Below, in pieces: positions 36,739-47,482 of a DNA stretch of 64,000 nt. The notes beneath the pieces are model-generated. The model ran no database searches, had not been told where the DNA came from, and saw only the letters and a list, made by a program, of their open reading frames with translations. Both the position numbers and the translations under genes were made by a program. The DNA lies in contig OY762209.1 of the NCBI GenBank assembly GCA_963665295.1, positions 2,368,001-2,432,000 on the forward strand, written 5' to 3'. Each line of letters opens with the position of its first letter. The first letter of the stretch is position 1. The DNA comes from Syntrophorhabdaceae bacterium. Lineage in GTDB: Bacteria; Desulfobacterota; Syntrophorhabdia; Syntrophorhabdales; Syntrophorhabdaceae.

Positions 36739-37908
36739 ATGCTGATGATGAAAGGGAAGGAATTGTCTTACGAGATCGGGCCTATCAGGCCGCCCAGCGA
36801 AGCCTATAGCCTCCTGGTGCGATTTACCCGGAACTGCCCGTGGAACAGGTGTGCATTCTGCAATCTTTACAAGAGGACAAGGTTTCAGAAGAGAACAATT
36901 GAAGAAATCAAGCAGGATATTGACACAATAAAGGGCATCCATGACCACATCAGGGACATGTCGCTCGCAAGGGGCTGGGGCGGCCGCACTACCCGATCCC
37001 TGGCGCAGGAAATATGTTCAAACAGCGCCATGAATGAATGTTACAGGAGCGTTGCCGTCTGGATGTATTTCGGCGGCAAAAATGTTTTTATTCAGGACGC
37101 CCATTCCCTTGCCATGAACCCCGGCAGCTTTCTGGAATGCCTCATGTACCTGAAAGAGACATTTCCCCGCATCGACCGGATAACCTCGTATGCCCGGGCG
37201 CGGACCATATCGGAGAGGCTGTCCGTTGAGGATCTGGTAAAAATGAGGAGGGCGGGGCTTACAAGACTGCACATCGGTTTTGAATCAGGAAGCGACAAAG
37301 TGCTCGCGTTCATGAAGAAGGGCGTCACAAAGGCCCAGCAGATCGAATGCGGGCAGAAGGTGAAGGCGTCAGGGATTGAACTGTCCGAGTATGTCATCCT
37401 CGGCCTGGGCGGAAAGACATGGCGGGAGGAACACGCGTGGGAGAGTGCCTATGCGATCAACCGCATCGATCCCGATTATATTCGGATGAGGACCCTGGAA
37501 GTGAGCAAACATATGCCCCTCTATGAAAAGATCCGAAGCGGTGAATTTCTCATCCCCGACCCGGAGGGCCTGCTCCATGAGGAACGTCTCTTCATAGAGA
37601 GCCTGATGGATATTTCGAGCATCGTAAAGAGCGACCACATAGGGAACCTTCTTGAGGAAGTAGATGGCCGGCTGCCCGGGGATAAGGGGAAGATCCTTTC
37701 CGTGATCGACCGTTACTTTGAGTTGAATGAGGAAGAGAGGGGGGTTTTCCGGTTCGGCCGGAGACTGGGGGCGTTGAGGAGCACTGATGATCTTTGCGAT
37801 ATGTCCCTCTACGACCGCATAAAGAAGACCATGGAAGAGATGGAATCAAAGGCGCCGGGGAGCGTCGAGAAGGCTGTCTCCCCCTTTCCTGGAGATGATA
37901 TGAACTGA
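36739..37908 (+). CDS. Radical SAM protein
   Basis: IRPPSEAYS, CPWNRCAFC (CxxxCxxC), GFESGSD, SDH. Confidence 0.92.
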   Translation: MLMMKGKELSYEIGPIRPPSEAYSLLVRFTRNCPWNRCAFCNLYKRTRFQKRTIEEIKQDIDTIKGIHDHIRDMSLARGWGGRTTRSLAQEICSNSAMNECYRSVAVWMYFGGKNVFIQDAHSLAMNPGSFLECLMYLKETFPRIDRITSYARARTISERLSVEDLVKMRRAGLTRLHIGFESGSDKVLAFMKKGVTKAQQIECGQKVKASGIELSEYVILGLGGKTWREEHAWESAYAINRIDPDYIRMRTLEVSKHMPLYEKIRSGEFLIPDPEGLLHEERLFIESLMDISSIVKSDHIGNLLEEVDGRLPGDKGKILSVIDRYFELNEEERGVFRFGRRLGALRSTDDLCDMSLYDRIKKTMEEMESKAPGSVEKAVSPFPGDDMN

Positions 37909-38102
37909 GCAGGAAGGTGCGGGGAATCAACCGGATACGGGGGGAATTACGATTTTGCTTGCAAGTTTTCCTTTCGTGATGAGACTATGTATGCAGGTAA
38001 TGCGGCGCCCGCGGGCGCCGGAACGGGCTATGGGGCCCGTATTTCAGACTGTTCTCGGTGGTGAGGCGTTCTCGCTGCCATGCACGAGCGGGGGGATATG
38101 AT

Positions 38103-38879
38103 ATGAATGATCTGTTGGACTATCCGTTAATTGTTTTCGTGATCTTTTTCTTCGTACTATGGTTTTCGGCTTTGATCGGGGCGTTTCTTTTCAGGGGACG
38201 GGGGAAGAAGGAAGAAAAAAGTGAGGATATCGGCATTGTCCTGGCTGCCACACTGACCCTCCTTGGCCTCATCATCGGATTCAGCTTTTCCATGGCCACA
38301 AACCGATACGATCAGCGGAAGAACTACGAGGAGGCCGAGGCCAACGCAATCGGCACGGAATATGTGCGGGCGGACCTCCTGCCTGCCGCGGACGGCGAAA
38401 AGGTGCGGACCCTCCTTGGGAAGTACCTCGACCAGCGGATCTCGTTTTATTCTACCCGCAATAAGAAGCGCCTTGCCGAGATCAATGCCGATACCCTTCG
38501 GTTGCAGGCCGAATTATGGTCCGCGGTCAAGGGCCCTGCCGCGGCGCAGCCGACGCCCATTGTCGCCCTGGTTGTTTCGGGCATGAACGACGTGCTCAAT
38601 TCGCAAGGATATACCCAGGCCTCCTGGTGGAACCGGATACCCCTCGAGGCATGGGTCCTGATGACGGCCATCGCGATCTGCTGCAACCTGTTAATCGGCT
38701 ATAGCGAGCGGGGCGTCAGAGGCGGGCCCATCCTGCTCCTCATCCTGCCGATCGTTGTGTCCATCTCGTTTTCTCTTATCGCGGACATAGACAGCCCGCG
38801 GGGAGGCGTCATTCGCGTGAGCCCGCAAAACATCATAAGCCTCTCCGACTCCCTCCTTGCCCACCAGGCCCCGCGGTAA
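38103..38879 (+). CDS. DUF4239/bestrophin-like membrane protein
   Basis: LLGLIIGFSFSMA..RY..R, EANAIGT, DIDSPRGGVIRV; four TM segments. Confidence 0.75.
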   Translation: MNDLLDYPLIVFVIFFFVLWFSALIGAFLFRGRGKKEEKSEDIGIVLAATLTLLGLIIGFSFSMATNRYDQRKNYEEAEANAIGTEYVRADLLPAADGEKVRTLLGKYLDQRISFYSTRNKKRLAEINADTLRLQAELWSAVKGPAAAQPTPIVALVVSGMNDVLNSQGYTQASWWNRIPLEAWVLMTAIAICCNLLIGYSERGVRGGPILLLILPIVVSISFSLIADIDSPRGGVIRVSPQNIISLSDSLLAHQAPR

Positions 38880-38997
38880 CGCGCCGCCCGCAGGACTGTT
38901 TCTTGATATACTTTGGAAAGCATATTACAGTATTATCAGGCCACCGGGCTGCGTGTGCCCGTTTATATGATCGTTCTCTTCATGGGAGGATGGGCGG

Positions 38998-40341
38998 ATG
39001 GGGCGTAACAAGATAAGGGAATTGCCGTTGAGGGCAATCATCATCCCAATCCTCGTGGTTCTCGTTCTCTTGCTCGGAGTGAGCTTCTTCTACATCAAAC
39101 CGTTTCCGCCCGGATCCCTGGTCATGGCCACGGGCATGAAAGGCGGGGCCTTTGCCGTTTTTGGCGAGCGTTACAGACAGATACTGGCCCGCGACAAGAT
39201 CAGCGTCGAATTGCGCCCGTCGTCGGGGGCAGTGGAGAACCTGCGGTTCCTGAAAGATAAAGCCCGGGGCGTTGACGCGGGTTTCGTCCAGGGAGGCATA
39301 GCGAAGGTCGAGGAAACGGCGGACCTCGTTTCTCTCGGCAACCTGACCTACACGCCCCTCTGGGTGTTTTACCGGGGAAATGCGACCCTTGACGATCTGT
39401 CCGATCTCCACGGAAAGAGGATCGCCATCGGCCCCGAGGGGAGCGGCATACGACAGTTCGCCCTTGACCTCTTGAAGACCGCGAACGTAACCGGGCCGCC
39501 CACGGTCTTTCATGAGCTTTCTTACGAGGCTGCCGATAAGGCGATAAAGGAAGGGAGCCTCGATGTGGTCATGGCTTTCGGCGCGGCGGATAACCGGTTT
39601 GTGGTGAGCCTGTTGAACGCGAAGGACCTCAAACTGATGAACTTTGTCCAGGCCGAGGCGTACACAAGGAGGTTTCCGGACCTTGCCCACGTGATCTTGC
39701 CCATGGGCGTCCTTAATCCCTCGAAAAGAGTCCCTTCTTCGGATACCCACCTTCTGTCTCCGAGGGTGGACCTCATTGTGCGCAAGAACCTGCATCCGGC
39801 TCTGGCCTATCTCCTTCTCAAGGCCTCGGTGGAGATTCACGGCGGCGCCGGATGGGTCCATAAGGCGGGGGAGTTCCCGTCCCTCACCAAGCAGGATTTT
39901 GTGATCAGCGACCAGGCCCGGCGGTTTTACAAATCGGGCGGGTCCTTCCTCTATGATTATCTGCCCTTCTGGGCCGCCACATTCGTCGACCGTATGACAC
40001 TGGTGCTGGTCCCCCTTGGCGTGGTCCTCATACCGTTGATCGGGATCATGCCATGGATATATACGTGGCGGAACCGGTCGAAATATTACCGCTGGTACAA
40101 GAAGTTGAGGAGCATCGAGAGGGAGGCGACCCTTTGCACGGAACAGGAAAAGGTGAGGCGCTTGCAGGCCGAGCTCGACGGGATCGAGGAAGCCGTGGGC
40201 AGGATTCGCGTATCCATTGTCTTCTTCGATGAACTTTTCATTTTGAAGGAGCACATACATATGGTCCGCCGTCATCTTTCCCATGCCTTCCGTGCGGCGC
40301 CGGAGGGGTCCGACGACAAGGGCGGCAAAAAGCAGGCATGA
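38998..40341 (+). CDS. TAXI-family solute-binding protein with membrane anchors
   Basis: MATG..GG, SSGAVENL, GFVQGG, GKRIAIGPEGSG; C-terminal TM and coiled tail. Confidence 0.85.
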   Translation: MGRNKIRELPLRAIIIPILVVLVLLLGVSFFYIKPFPPGSLVMATGMKGGAFAVFGERYRQILARDKISVELRPSSGAVENLRFLKDKARGVDAGFVQGGIAKVEETADLVSLGNLTYTPLWVFYRGNATLDDLSDLHGKRIAIGPEGSGIRQFALDLLKTANVTGPPTVFHELSYEAADKAIKEGSLDVVMAFGAADNRFVVSLLNAKDLKLMNFVQAEAYTRRFPDLAHVILPMGVLNPSKRVPSSDTHLLSPRVDLIVRKNLHPALAYLLLKASVEIHGGAGWVHKAGEFPSLTKQDFVISDQARRFYKSGGSFLYDYLPFWAATFVDRMTLVLVPLGVVLIPLIGIMPWIYTWRNRSKYYRWYKKLRSIEREATLCTEQEKVRRLQAELDGIEEAVGRIRVSIVFFDELFILKEHIHMVRRHLSHAFRAAPEGSDDKGGKKQA

Positions 40342-40480
40342 GGAAGGACAGGCAGCTTTCGCGTCGTCCCCTGGGGCGTCACGTGAAAAGTGGTAACCTC
40401 GGAGAGCCGGACAGCCCCGCGTGGGATATCCTGGTCCGGTAAACCCATTGCAGGGATATTCCTCCCCGACAGGATTGCGC

Positions 40481-41428
40481 GTGGACGAAGGTTTATCAAG
40501 GAAAGGACTGTTTCATTTGTGCATGGTCTATAGTGTCTGGAGCACCACCTACCTGGCCATGCGTGTGGGAGTAGGTTTCTCCAGCGGGTTCCCTCCGTTT
40601 ATGTTCGGTATGTTCCGTATGCCCGTGGCCGCCCTCATCCTCCTCTTGATCGCGCGCATGCAGGGGCTCAAGATGAGACCCACGTCCGCCGAATGGTGGT
40701 CCCTCTGTGTGGCGGGTAACCTCATGTGGGTGGGCGGCCACGGACTGATACTCTGGGCATCCCAGTACGCCGATTCGGGATTCACATGCCTCATGGCCTC
40801 GTCGGCGCCCATCTGGGCCGCCGCTATCGAATTGTTTATATACAAGAAACGTATATCGGTTTCGCTGGTCCTGTCCCTCCTTGTCGGGTTCGGAGGGATG
40901 GCCATTCTCAGTTCAACCTTCCCGGCGAGGAACGGGTCCACCGGCTTCTTCGTGGTCGCGGCCCTCGCACTGGGTCCTCTCGGGTGGGCCCTCGGTTCCA
41001 CATGGCAGGCGCGCCGCGCCGTGAACCTTGCGCCCCAGGTAATGTCCGCGTACCATCACCTGGGGGCCTGCGCGGGTTTCTTCATCGTGGCCATGGCGCT
41101 CAGGGAACCGGTTCCCCATCCCACACTCACCGCGTGGGCCGCCTGGGGATATCTGGTGGTCTTCGGCTCGGTCTTCGCCTTCACCTCCTACGTGATCACC
41201 TTGAAGTTGCTGCCCATCAGCATCGTCATGACCTATGCCTACGTCAACCCGGTGTTGGCCCTGTCCCTTGGCTGGGTGTTTCTCGGGGAGCCCATCACGG
41301 CGAGGACCCTCCTCGGCGCGGGACTGGTCCTAACCAGCGTCTTTGCCATTTTCAACGTGAGGCAGGCCGCGGTTGGGGGAGGCGCCGGGAACCCTCGGCC
41401 CCCGTCCGTACCCACAGGCGGCAGGTGA
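40481..41428 (+). CDS. EamA/DMT family transporter
   Basis: VWSTTYLAM, YLVVFGSVFAF, TYAYVNPV, LGEP. Start uncertain. Confidence 0.9.
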   Translation: MDEGLSRKGLFHLCMVYSVWSTTYLAMRVGVGFSSGFPPFMFGMFRMPVAALILLLIARMQGLKMRPTSAEWWSLCVAGNLMWVGGHGLILWASQYADSGFTCLMASSAPIWAAAIELFIYKKRISVSLVLSLLVGFGGMAILSSTFPARNGSTGFFVVAALALGPLGWALGSTWQARRAVNLAPQVMSAYHHLGACAGFFIVAMALREPVPHPTLTAWAAWGYLVVFGSVFAFTSYVITLKLLPISIVMTYAYVNPVLALSLGWVFLGEPITARTLLGAGLVLTSVFAIFNVRQAAVGGGAGNPRPPSVPTGGR

Positions 41429-41527
41429 GGGAGGACCCCGTGACGAGGGCAAGGAGGCGACGGCTTTTCGGGCCGGGGCGGTTTAGTGTTGTAACGGGCT
41501 GGTGATTAAGGTTAGTATATAACCCTT

Positions 41528-42700
41528 ATGATCTCTCTTATCGTGAAACAGAACCGTATCGGTCCCATTGTGGGCGGCCATCCTTGGGTATTCTCACAGG
41601 CCCTTGCCTCTTTCCCCGACAACATCCCTGCAGGGGAGCCCGTGACGCTTATGACAGGGAACGGTGACTTCCTCGCCCTCGGATATTTCAGTTCCTATTC
41701 ACAGATTACGGTCCGCATATGGGGCCACGACAAGAATGAACAGGTAGATGACCGCTTCTTCGTGAAGAGGGTTGAACGGGCCTACCGGCTGAGACGGAAG
41801 TACGTGGAGGGGCCGCATACGGACGCCTTCCGTCTGATCAATGCCGAGAACGACCTTCTGCCCGGCCTTATCGTCGATAAGTACGGGGATTACCTGGTGG
41901 TCCAGTTTCACACGAAAGGGATAGAACGCTGGAAAATGCAGATTGTGACGGCCCTCGAAGAAGTCCTGAAGCCAAAGGGCATTTATGAGCGTTCGGACAT
42001 GAGCGCCCGTAAGGTTGAGCAGATGGAGAGCAATACGGGACTCCTCTCAGGGTCGGTGCCGGACCTCATCACCATAAAGGAAAACGGGCTCACGTTCCTC
42101 GTGGACGTAAAGAAAGGACAGAAGACAGGATTCTTCCTCGACCAAAGGGACAAGAGGAACGCCTTTTCCCGTTACACGAAGGGCGCATCGGTGCTCAACT
42201 GTTTTTCCTACACGGGCGGTTTTTCCGTCTACGCCTTGAGAGGAGGGGCTTCGCGAGTGGTGCATGTCGATACCTCCGCACCCGCCCTCGAACTTGCGAA
42301 GGAGAATATCGCCCTCAACGGTTTCAACCTGGAATCCTGCGAGTTTGTGTGCGCCGACGTCAAAGGATATCTGAAAAACCCTCACGAGCAGTTCGACACG
42401 GTGGTGCTCGATCCCCCCGCCTTTGTCAAAGACAGGAAAAAGAAAAAGGAAGGGGTAATAGGGTACAGGGGCATTAATGAATCCGCCCTGAGACTCGTCC
42501 GGGAAGAAGGCATCCTCCTCACCTGTTCGTGTTCGGCCCACCTTACTCCGGAGGAATTCAGGTTCGTCCTTTCCGAGGCAGGGGGAAGGACCAGAAGGAC
42601 CCTTACGCTCCTCGAATCGTATACCCATGGCATCGACCATCCTCTTCTCGTTCCCTTCACTGAAGGTCAATATCTCAAGTGTCTTATTCTCAGCACGTAA
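41528..42700 (+). CDS. rlmI: RlmI-like 23S rRNA m5C methyltransferase
   Basis: GHPWVF PUA domain, GQKTGFFLDQR, FSYTGGF, LDPPAF, TCSCS. Confidence 0.88.
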   Translation: MISLIVKQNRIGPIVGGHPWVFSQALASFPDNIPAGEPVTLMTGNGDFLALGYFSSYSQITVRIWGHDKNEQVDDRFFVKRVERAYRLRRKYVEGPHTDAFRLINAENDLLPGLIVDKYGDYLVVQFHTKGIERWKMQIVTALEEVLKPKGIYERSDMSARKVEQMESNTGLLSGSVPDLITIKENGLTFLVDVKKGQKTGFFLDQRDKRNAFSRYTKGASVLNCFSYTGGFSVYALRGGASRVVHVDTSAPALELAKENIALNGFNLESCEFVCADVKGYLKNPHEQFDTVVLDPPAFVKDRKKKKEGVIGYRGINESALRLVREEGILLTCSCSAHLTPEEFRFVLSEAGGRTRRTLTLLESYTHGIDHPLLVPFTEGQYLKCLILST

Positions 42701-42811
42701 GCCTTTAAAAAATAAAGGGATGCGGTGAACCATTGCAAGAAATGGTTTTTTCCCCGTTGTCCCGGTCCGTATTCGTGTATATTATAATTAAATAAACTGC
42801 AGGAGGGGTCT

Positions 42812-44467
42812 ATGGCTTTGCACAGTCTGGCAGGTAAACCGGTTCCCGGAGAGATGCTCGTCAATATTCCGCGCCTCGTGAGCGCATACTATACGGAGGG
42901 GCCGGACGTCTCGGTAAAGTCCCAGATGATCGAATTCGGCACCTCGGGGCACAGGGGAAGCTCTTTCGCGAAAAGCTTCAACGAAGCCCATATTCTTGCC
43001 GTGTCCCAGGCGGTCTGTGATTACCGGTCCATGAGGAAGATAACAGGTCCCCTTTTTCTCGGCATGGACACCCATGCCCTCTCGGAACCGAGCCACATCA
43101 CCACTGTGGAGGTCCTTGCGGCGAACGGAGTTGTCACCATGGTCGCCAAAGACCTGAATTATACCCCCACGCCGGTCATCTCCCATGCGATCCTCGTCCA
43201 TAACAGGGGGAAGGTGTCCGGTCTGGCGGACGGTATTGTAATTACGCCGTCCCATAACCCGCCGGAGGACGGCGGATTCAAGTACAACCCGCCCCACGGC
43301 GGGCCTGCCGACGTGGACGTCACCGGTTGGATAGAGGCCAGGGCAAACGAGCTCCTTTCCCACGGGAACAAGGGGGTGAGAAGGCTGTATCTCAGGGACG
43401 CCCTTTCGTCGGGGATGGTCCGTGAGTACGACTACATGGGGCCTTACGTGGACGACCTCAAAAATATTGTCGATATGGAAGCCATAAAGGCTTCAGGGGT
43501 TAGGATCGGGGTAGACCCCATGGGCGGGGCATCGCTCCCCTACTGGGAGCCCATTTTGGAGAAGTACGGTATCGACCTCAACGTGGTAAACCACGAGGTG
43601 GACCCCGCCTTCCGTTTCATGACCGTGGATAAGGACGGGAAGGTGAGGATGGACTGCTCGTCGCCCTGCGCAATGGCCCGCCTCGTGACCCTGAAGGATG
43701 ATTACGATATCGCCTTCGGCAACGACCCGGACTCCGACCGGCACGGAATAGTCGCGAAGAGCACGGGCCTCCTGAACCCCAACCACTACCTCTCCGTGGC
43801 AATCTGGTACCTCTTCCAGCACAGGCCGGGCTGGAAAGCGAGCGCCGCGGTAGGCAAGACGCTGGTGAGCAGCAGCATGATCGACAGGATCGCAGCCGGC
43901 CTGAAGAGAAGACTCTCGGAGGTGCCCGTAGGGTTCAAGTGGTTCGTGGACGGCCTGATCGACGGGAGCTACGGGTTCGGAGGTGAAGAAAGCGCGGGGG
44001 CGTCCTTCCTCCGGAATGACGGAACAGTATGGACCACGGACAAGGACGGGATCATTATGGACCTCCTGGCTGCGGAAATCACCGCAAAGACGGGAGAAGA
44101 CCCGGGTATCCACTACGAGGCCCTTGCCGAGGTATTCGGAAACCCCGTATATGAACGTATCGATGCCCCTGCAACGCCGGAGCAGAAGGCGGTCCTCAAG
44201 AAACTTTCTCCCGACAGGGTGAAGACTTCCACTCTCGGAGGGGAAGAGATAAAGGCGAAACTCACCGAGGCGCCGGGAAACGGGGCACCTATTGGCGGCC
44301 TCAAGGTGGTGACTCAGAACGGATGGTTCGCCGCCCGTCCTTCCGGGACCGAAAATATCTATAAGGTTTATAGCGAGAGTTTTTTAGGCAAGGTCCATCT
44401 CCTCCGTCTGCAGGAAGAGGCGATGGAGATGATAAACAGGGTCTTCGAAGAGGCGGGGGTCCGTTAA
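42812..44467 (+). CDS. pgm: Phosphoglucomutase (alpha-D-glucose-1,6-bisphosphate-dependent)
   Basis: [33 protein letters not shown]. Confidence 0.97.
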   Translation: MALHSLAGKPVPGEMLVNIPRLVSAYYTEGPDVSVKSQMIEFGTSGHRGSSFAKSFNEAHILAVSQAVCDYRSMRKITGPLFLGMDTHALSEPSHITTVEVLAANGVVTMVAKDLNYTPTPVISHAILVHNRGKVSGLADGIVITPSHNPPEDGGFKYNPPHGGPADVDVTGWIEARANELLSHGNKGVRRLYLRDALSSGMVREYDYMGPYVDDLKNIVDMEAIKASGVRIGVDPMGGASLPYWEPILEKYGIDLNVVNHEVDPAFRFMTVDKDGKVRMDCSSPCAMARLVTLKDDYDIAFGNDPDSDRHGIVAKSTGLLNPNHYLSVAIWYLFQHRPGWKASAAVGKTLVSSSMIDRIAAGLKRRLSEVPVGFKWFVDGLIDGSYGFGGEESAGASFLRNDGTVWTTDKDGIIMDLLAAEITAKTGEDPGIHYEALAEVFGNPVYERIDAPATPEQKAVLKKLSPDRVKTSTLGGEEIKAKLTEAPGNGAPIGGLKVVTQNGWFAARPSGTENIYKVYSESFLGKVHLLRLQEEAMEMINRVFEEAGVR

Positions 44468-44567
44468 GGCATGTGGGCAGGTATTGCCTGCACGGTTAAA
44501 CACACACATAAAGAGTGCGGGTCCGGCTTTGACCGCACGGGAAATCTACTTTTAAAGAGGAGGGTAT

Positions 44568-45041
44568 ATGCTGAAGATAGACGCGCGTGATGTTTTGCAG
44601 TTCGCCATCCGCATAGAGGAAGACGGGGAAATGTTTTATTCCAGGGCAGCCTTTACAGCGGACGACAAGAACGTGGCCGACCTGTTCAATGAGCTTGCCG
44701 CTGAAGAGGTACGGCACAAACTGGCGTTTGAGGACCTCCTTTCCCGGGCAAAGGAGATTGCGCCTCCCGAGAGTTATCCGGGTGAGTATATCGGTTACCT
44801 GAGGGACTACATAGACGGCAAGATCGTTTTTTCCAGGTCGAAGAAGACGGAATTGGAGAATGTACACGACGTGGCCGCGGCCCTTGATTTCGCTATCGGG
44901 AGGGAAGCTGATTCCATTACGTATTATCAGGAACTCAGGGCCTATGTGTCGCCCGGTGAACGGCCACCCATAGAGAAGATCATCAATGAAGAACGGACGC
45001 ACCTTGAAAAGCTCTCCGGGCTGAGAAAGAATTACCCCTAG
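44568..45041 (+). CDS. Rubrerythrin/ferritin-like di-iron protein
   Basis: AIRIEEDG..FY, EEVRH, AIGRE, EERTH. Confidence 0.9.
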   Translation: MLKIDARDVLQFAIRIEEDGEMFYSRAAFTADDKNVADLFNELAAEEVRHKLAFEDLLSRAKEIAPPESYPGEYIGYLRDYIDGKIVFSRSKKTELENVHDVAAALDFAIGREADSITYYQELRAYVSPGERPPIEKIINEERTHLEKLSGLRKNYP

Positions 45042-45052
45042 CCTTTGCCGGT

Positions 45053-46210
45053 TCAGTTGGAGATGCGGCTTCTTTTCCCGAGCGCGATGTACTCGGGCTC
45101 CATGTTGGTATTGAGGCCGTAGCGGGCCGTCAGGGCCTCCCATTCCGGTCTTTCCATAATCGCGGTAAGGGCGAGGTTCAGGGGCCGCCTCAGGGGACTT
45201 CCCTTGGGAAAGGCGAAGGCGCACCGTTGCGGCTTGAATTCCGTGGTATGGACATGGAACGGTTTTTCCGTCTCCTTGGCCGCGTAGTAGTGGAGGGGAA
45301 GCTCGTCGATGAAAAAACCGTCGATCTTGTTCGCTTTCAAGGCCCGAAGCGCGTCTATCTCGGAGTTGAAGACCGTATATTTGCCTCCCATCTTCCGGAC
45401 CAGCGAGTACTGAAGGGTGCCCGCCAGAACTCCGAGGTGAAGGCTCCGGAGCTTGTTTGTATCATAGACCTGAATCTGCTGTCGCTCGGTAAGGAGGGTG
45501 GACGCGAGGGAGGCGGTGAAGGCGCTGAAGGCGAGGGCGGACAAGAGTATCCAGACAAGGCCGATAATCCTTGCCGGCAAGGATTTGAGGGCCACGTCGA
45601 AACACGCGCCCGCGGCGAGGGTGGAGCCTACCCAGTATGCCCCGGTGCCTATGCCCTTAAAGGGGCGGCCGTCAAAATGGTCGGGGTTCAGGTCCCGCTC
45701 GATGCGCCACAAGATAAACCCGAGGGCAAAGAGCAAGGCGACAAAGGCGAGGATCGTCTTGATTATATCCCAGGAGAAGAATATCTTCACCACCCTGAGC
45801 CAGGGGTAAGGGTCCCGTCCCTCCGGGACCGCCACGGCCAGTCGCGTGGAGCCGATGGCGGTAGAGAAATCGAAGAGACGGAGCCGGTCCGCCGTCTCAA
45901 AGAGGGCCGCAATGGAAAGGTCGATCGTCCCCGCCTGAAGGGCGTTCTGGAGCCCCTTGAACGTCATTTCCTTCAGTTCGTAGTCCAGCTGCAAATCGGC
46001 TGCGAGATAACGCCACAGGTCAACGGCGAACCCGGTCCACTGGCCCCTTTCGTTCTTCATGGTGATGGGCGGGTCGTTGACGACCCCTACTATGAGCTTC
46101 CGATGGGGCAGGGGACCCTGCGGTTCCGCCATGGCGGGCGTGGACGTGAAAAAGGCCGGGAACGATATGAGAAAGACGATAATCAGCAGTCCGGAGATTC
46201 TTGTTCGCAT
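45053..46210 (-). CDS. Prokaryotic glutamate-receptor-like ligand-gated channel (paralog 2)
   Basis: Signal - S1 (DPPITMK, GFAVDLW) - M1 - WRIER..N..HF - pore loop - M3 (FTASLASTL) - S2 (FAFPKGSPLR). Confidence 0.8.
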   Translation of the reverse strand: MRTRISGLLIIVFLISFPAFFTSTPAMAEPQGPLPHRKLIVGVVNDPPITMKNERGQWTGFAVDLWRYLAADLQLDYELKEMTFKGLQNALQAGTIDLSIAALFETADRLRLFDFSTAIGSTRLAVAVPEGRDPYPWLRVVKIFFSWDIIKTILAFVALLFALGFILWRIERDLNPDHFDGRPFKGIGTGAYWVGSTLAAGACFDVALKSLPARIIGLVWILLSALAFSAFTASLASTLLTERQQIQVYDTNKLRSLHLGVLAGTLQYSLVRKMGGKYTVFNSEIDALRALKANKIDGFFIDELPLHYYAAKETEKPFHVHTTEFKPQRCAFAFPKGSPLRRPLNLALTAIMERPEWEALTARYGLNTNMEPEYIALGKRSRISN

Positions 46211-46212
46211 GT

Positions 46213-47385
46213 CTATATCCCCTTCTTCCTGATGGGCTTTAAATCAGGGGTAAGACCGTAACGGGCGGCAAGGGTTTCCCAGGCGGGGCTTTCCATGAAC
46301 GCCATGAGAGACGTATTCACGTATTCCCTCAGGGGGCTGTTCGCGGGGAAGGCGAAGCCGAATCGCATCTTCTTGAGGGCAGTAAGGCGGACGGATATCT
46401 TCTTCCGGTATCTCAGTTCCTCATAATGCAAGAGCCGGTCGCTGCTCAAAAAACCGTCGATCTTGTTTGCGAGCAACGCCTGGATGCCGTCATCCGTCTT
46501 TTCGAAGAGGGTGTAGTTGCCCCCCAGTTTTTCCAGGATGGATGCCTGGGTGGTGCCCGTGACGGCCCCCGCGTGAATTCTCCTCAGGGTGCTCGTATCA
46601 AAGGCATAGGTCGTCGCCTGACGGCGCGCGATAAGGGTGGATGCAATGGAGGCGGTGAGGGCCCCGAAAGCGACCGCTCCCACGAGGATCCACAAGAGGC
46701 CCATAATCCTCCCTGGAGTGGTCTTGAGGCTGACCCCGGTGCAGATGCCGGAGACGAGGGTGGAGCCTACCCAGTATACGCCCGTGGCGATGCCCTTCAG
46801 GGGGTGTCCGCCGAAATGGTCCGGGTTCTGCTTCCTTTCGCTCATCCAGAAGATGAACCCCGCGAAAATGAGGATGAAAAGGACAACGACCGCGATTTCG
46901 ACAAGGCTCCAGGAGAAGAAGACCTTTATGGCCGCGAGGAAGGGGTGGACATCCTTTTCCGCAGGCACCGCCACCGCGAGGTGCGAGACGCCGATGAAGC
47001 TGGAAAAGTCGAGAAACCGTTGCCGGTCTATCGTTTCGTAAAGAGGGGCAACCGTAAGGTCCGCCGCGCCTGTGCGGAGGGCGTTCTCGACTTCGCTGAA
47101 ACGCATCTCCCTGAGTTCATATTCTACGCCCAGGTCCTTCGCGATGTGACGCCATAAGTCTACACTGAAGCCGCTCCATTCGCCGTTTGCGGCCTTAATT
47201 ACCATGGGAGGGTCGTCAACAACAACGGCGATGAGTTTTTTGTGAACCGGGAAGGGGGACGTGACCGCGTCGAGGCGTGAAACGAGACCCTGGAAAAGGG
47301 TAAAAAGGGCAAACATGACTATGGCAAGAAGCACTCTGCCCGGAAAAGCGTGTTTTTCATTTCCGTCCATCATCTTTCCTGTCAT
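46213..47385 (-). CDS. Prokaryotic glutamate-receptor-like ligand-gated channel (paralog 1)
   Basis: Same architecture: DPPMVIK, GFSVDLW, WMSERKQNPDHF, LTASIASTL, FAFPANSPLR. Confidence 0.8.
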   Translation of the reverse strand: MTGKMMDGNEKHAFPGRVLLAIVMFALFTLFQGLVSRLDAVTSPFPVHKKLIAVVVDDPPMVIKAANGEWSGFSVDLWRHIAKDLGVEYELREMRFSEVENALRTGAADLTVAPLYETIDRQRFLDFSSFIGVSHLAVAVPAEKDVHPFLAAIKVFFSWSLVEIAVVVLFILIFAGFIFWMSERKQNPDHFGGHPLKGIATGVYWVGSTLVSGICTGVSLKTTPGRIMGLLWILVGAVAFGALTASIASTLIARRQATTYAFDTSTLRRIHAGAVTGTTQASILEKLGGNYTLFEKTDDGIQALLANKIDGFLSSDRLLHYEELRYRKKISVRLTALKKMRFGFAFPANSPLREYVNTSLMAFMESPAWETLAARYGLTPDLKPIRKKGI

Positions 47386-47482
47386 TGTCTTACACTATGG
47401 CGTAATTTGCAAGGGGAATCAGCCGGTGCGCCGGGGCCCTTTGACAGGAGCGTCCCCGGTGCGCGGCGAAGGGCGCGCGATC

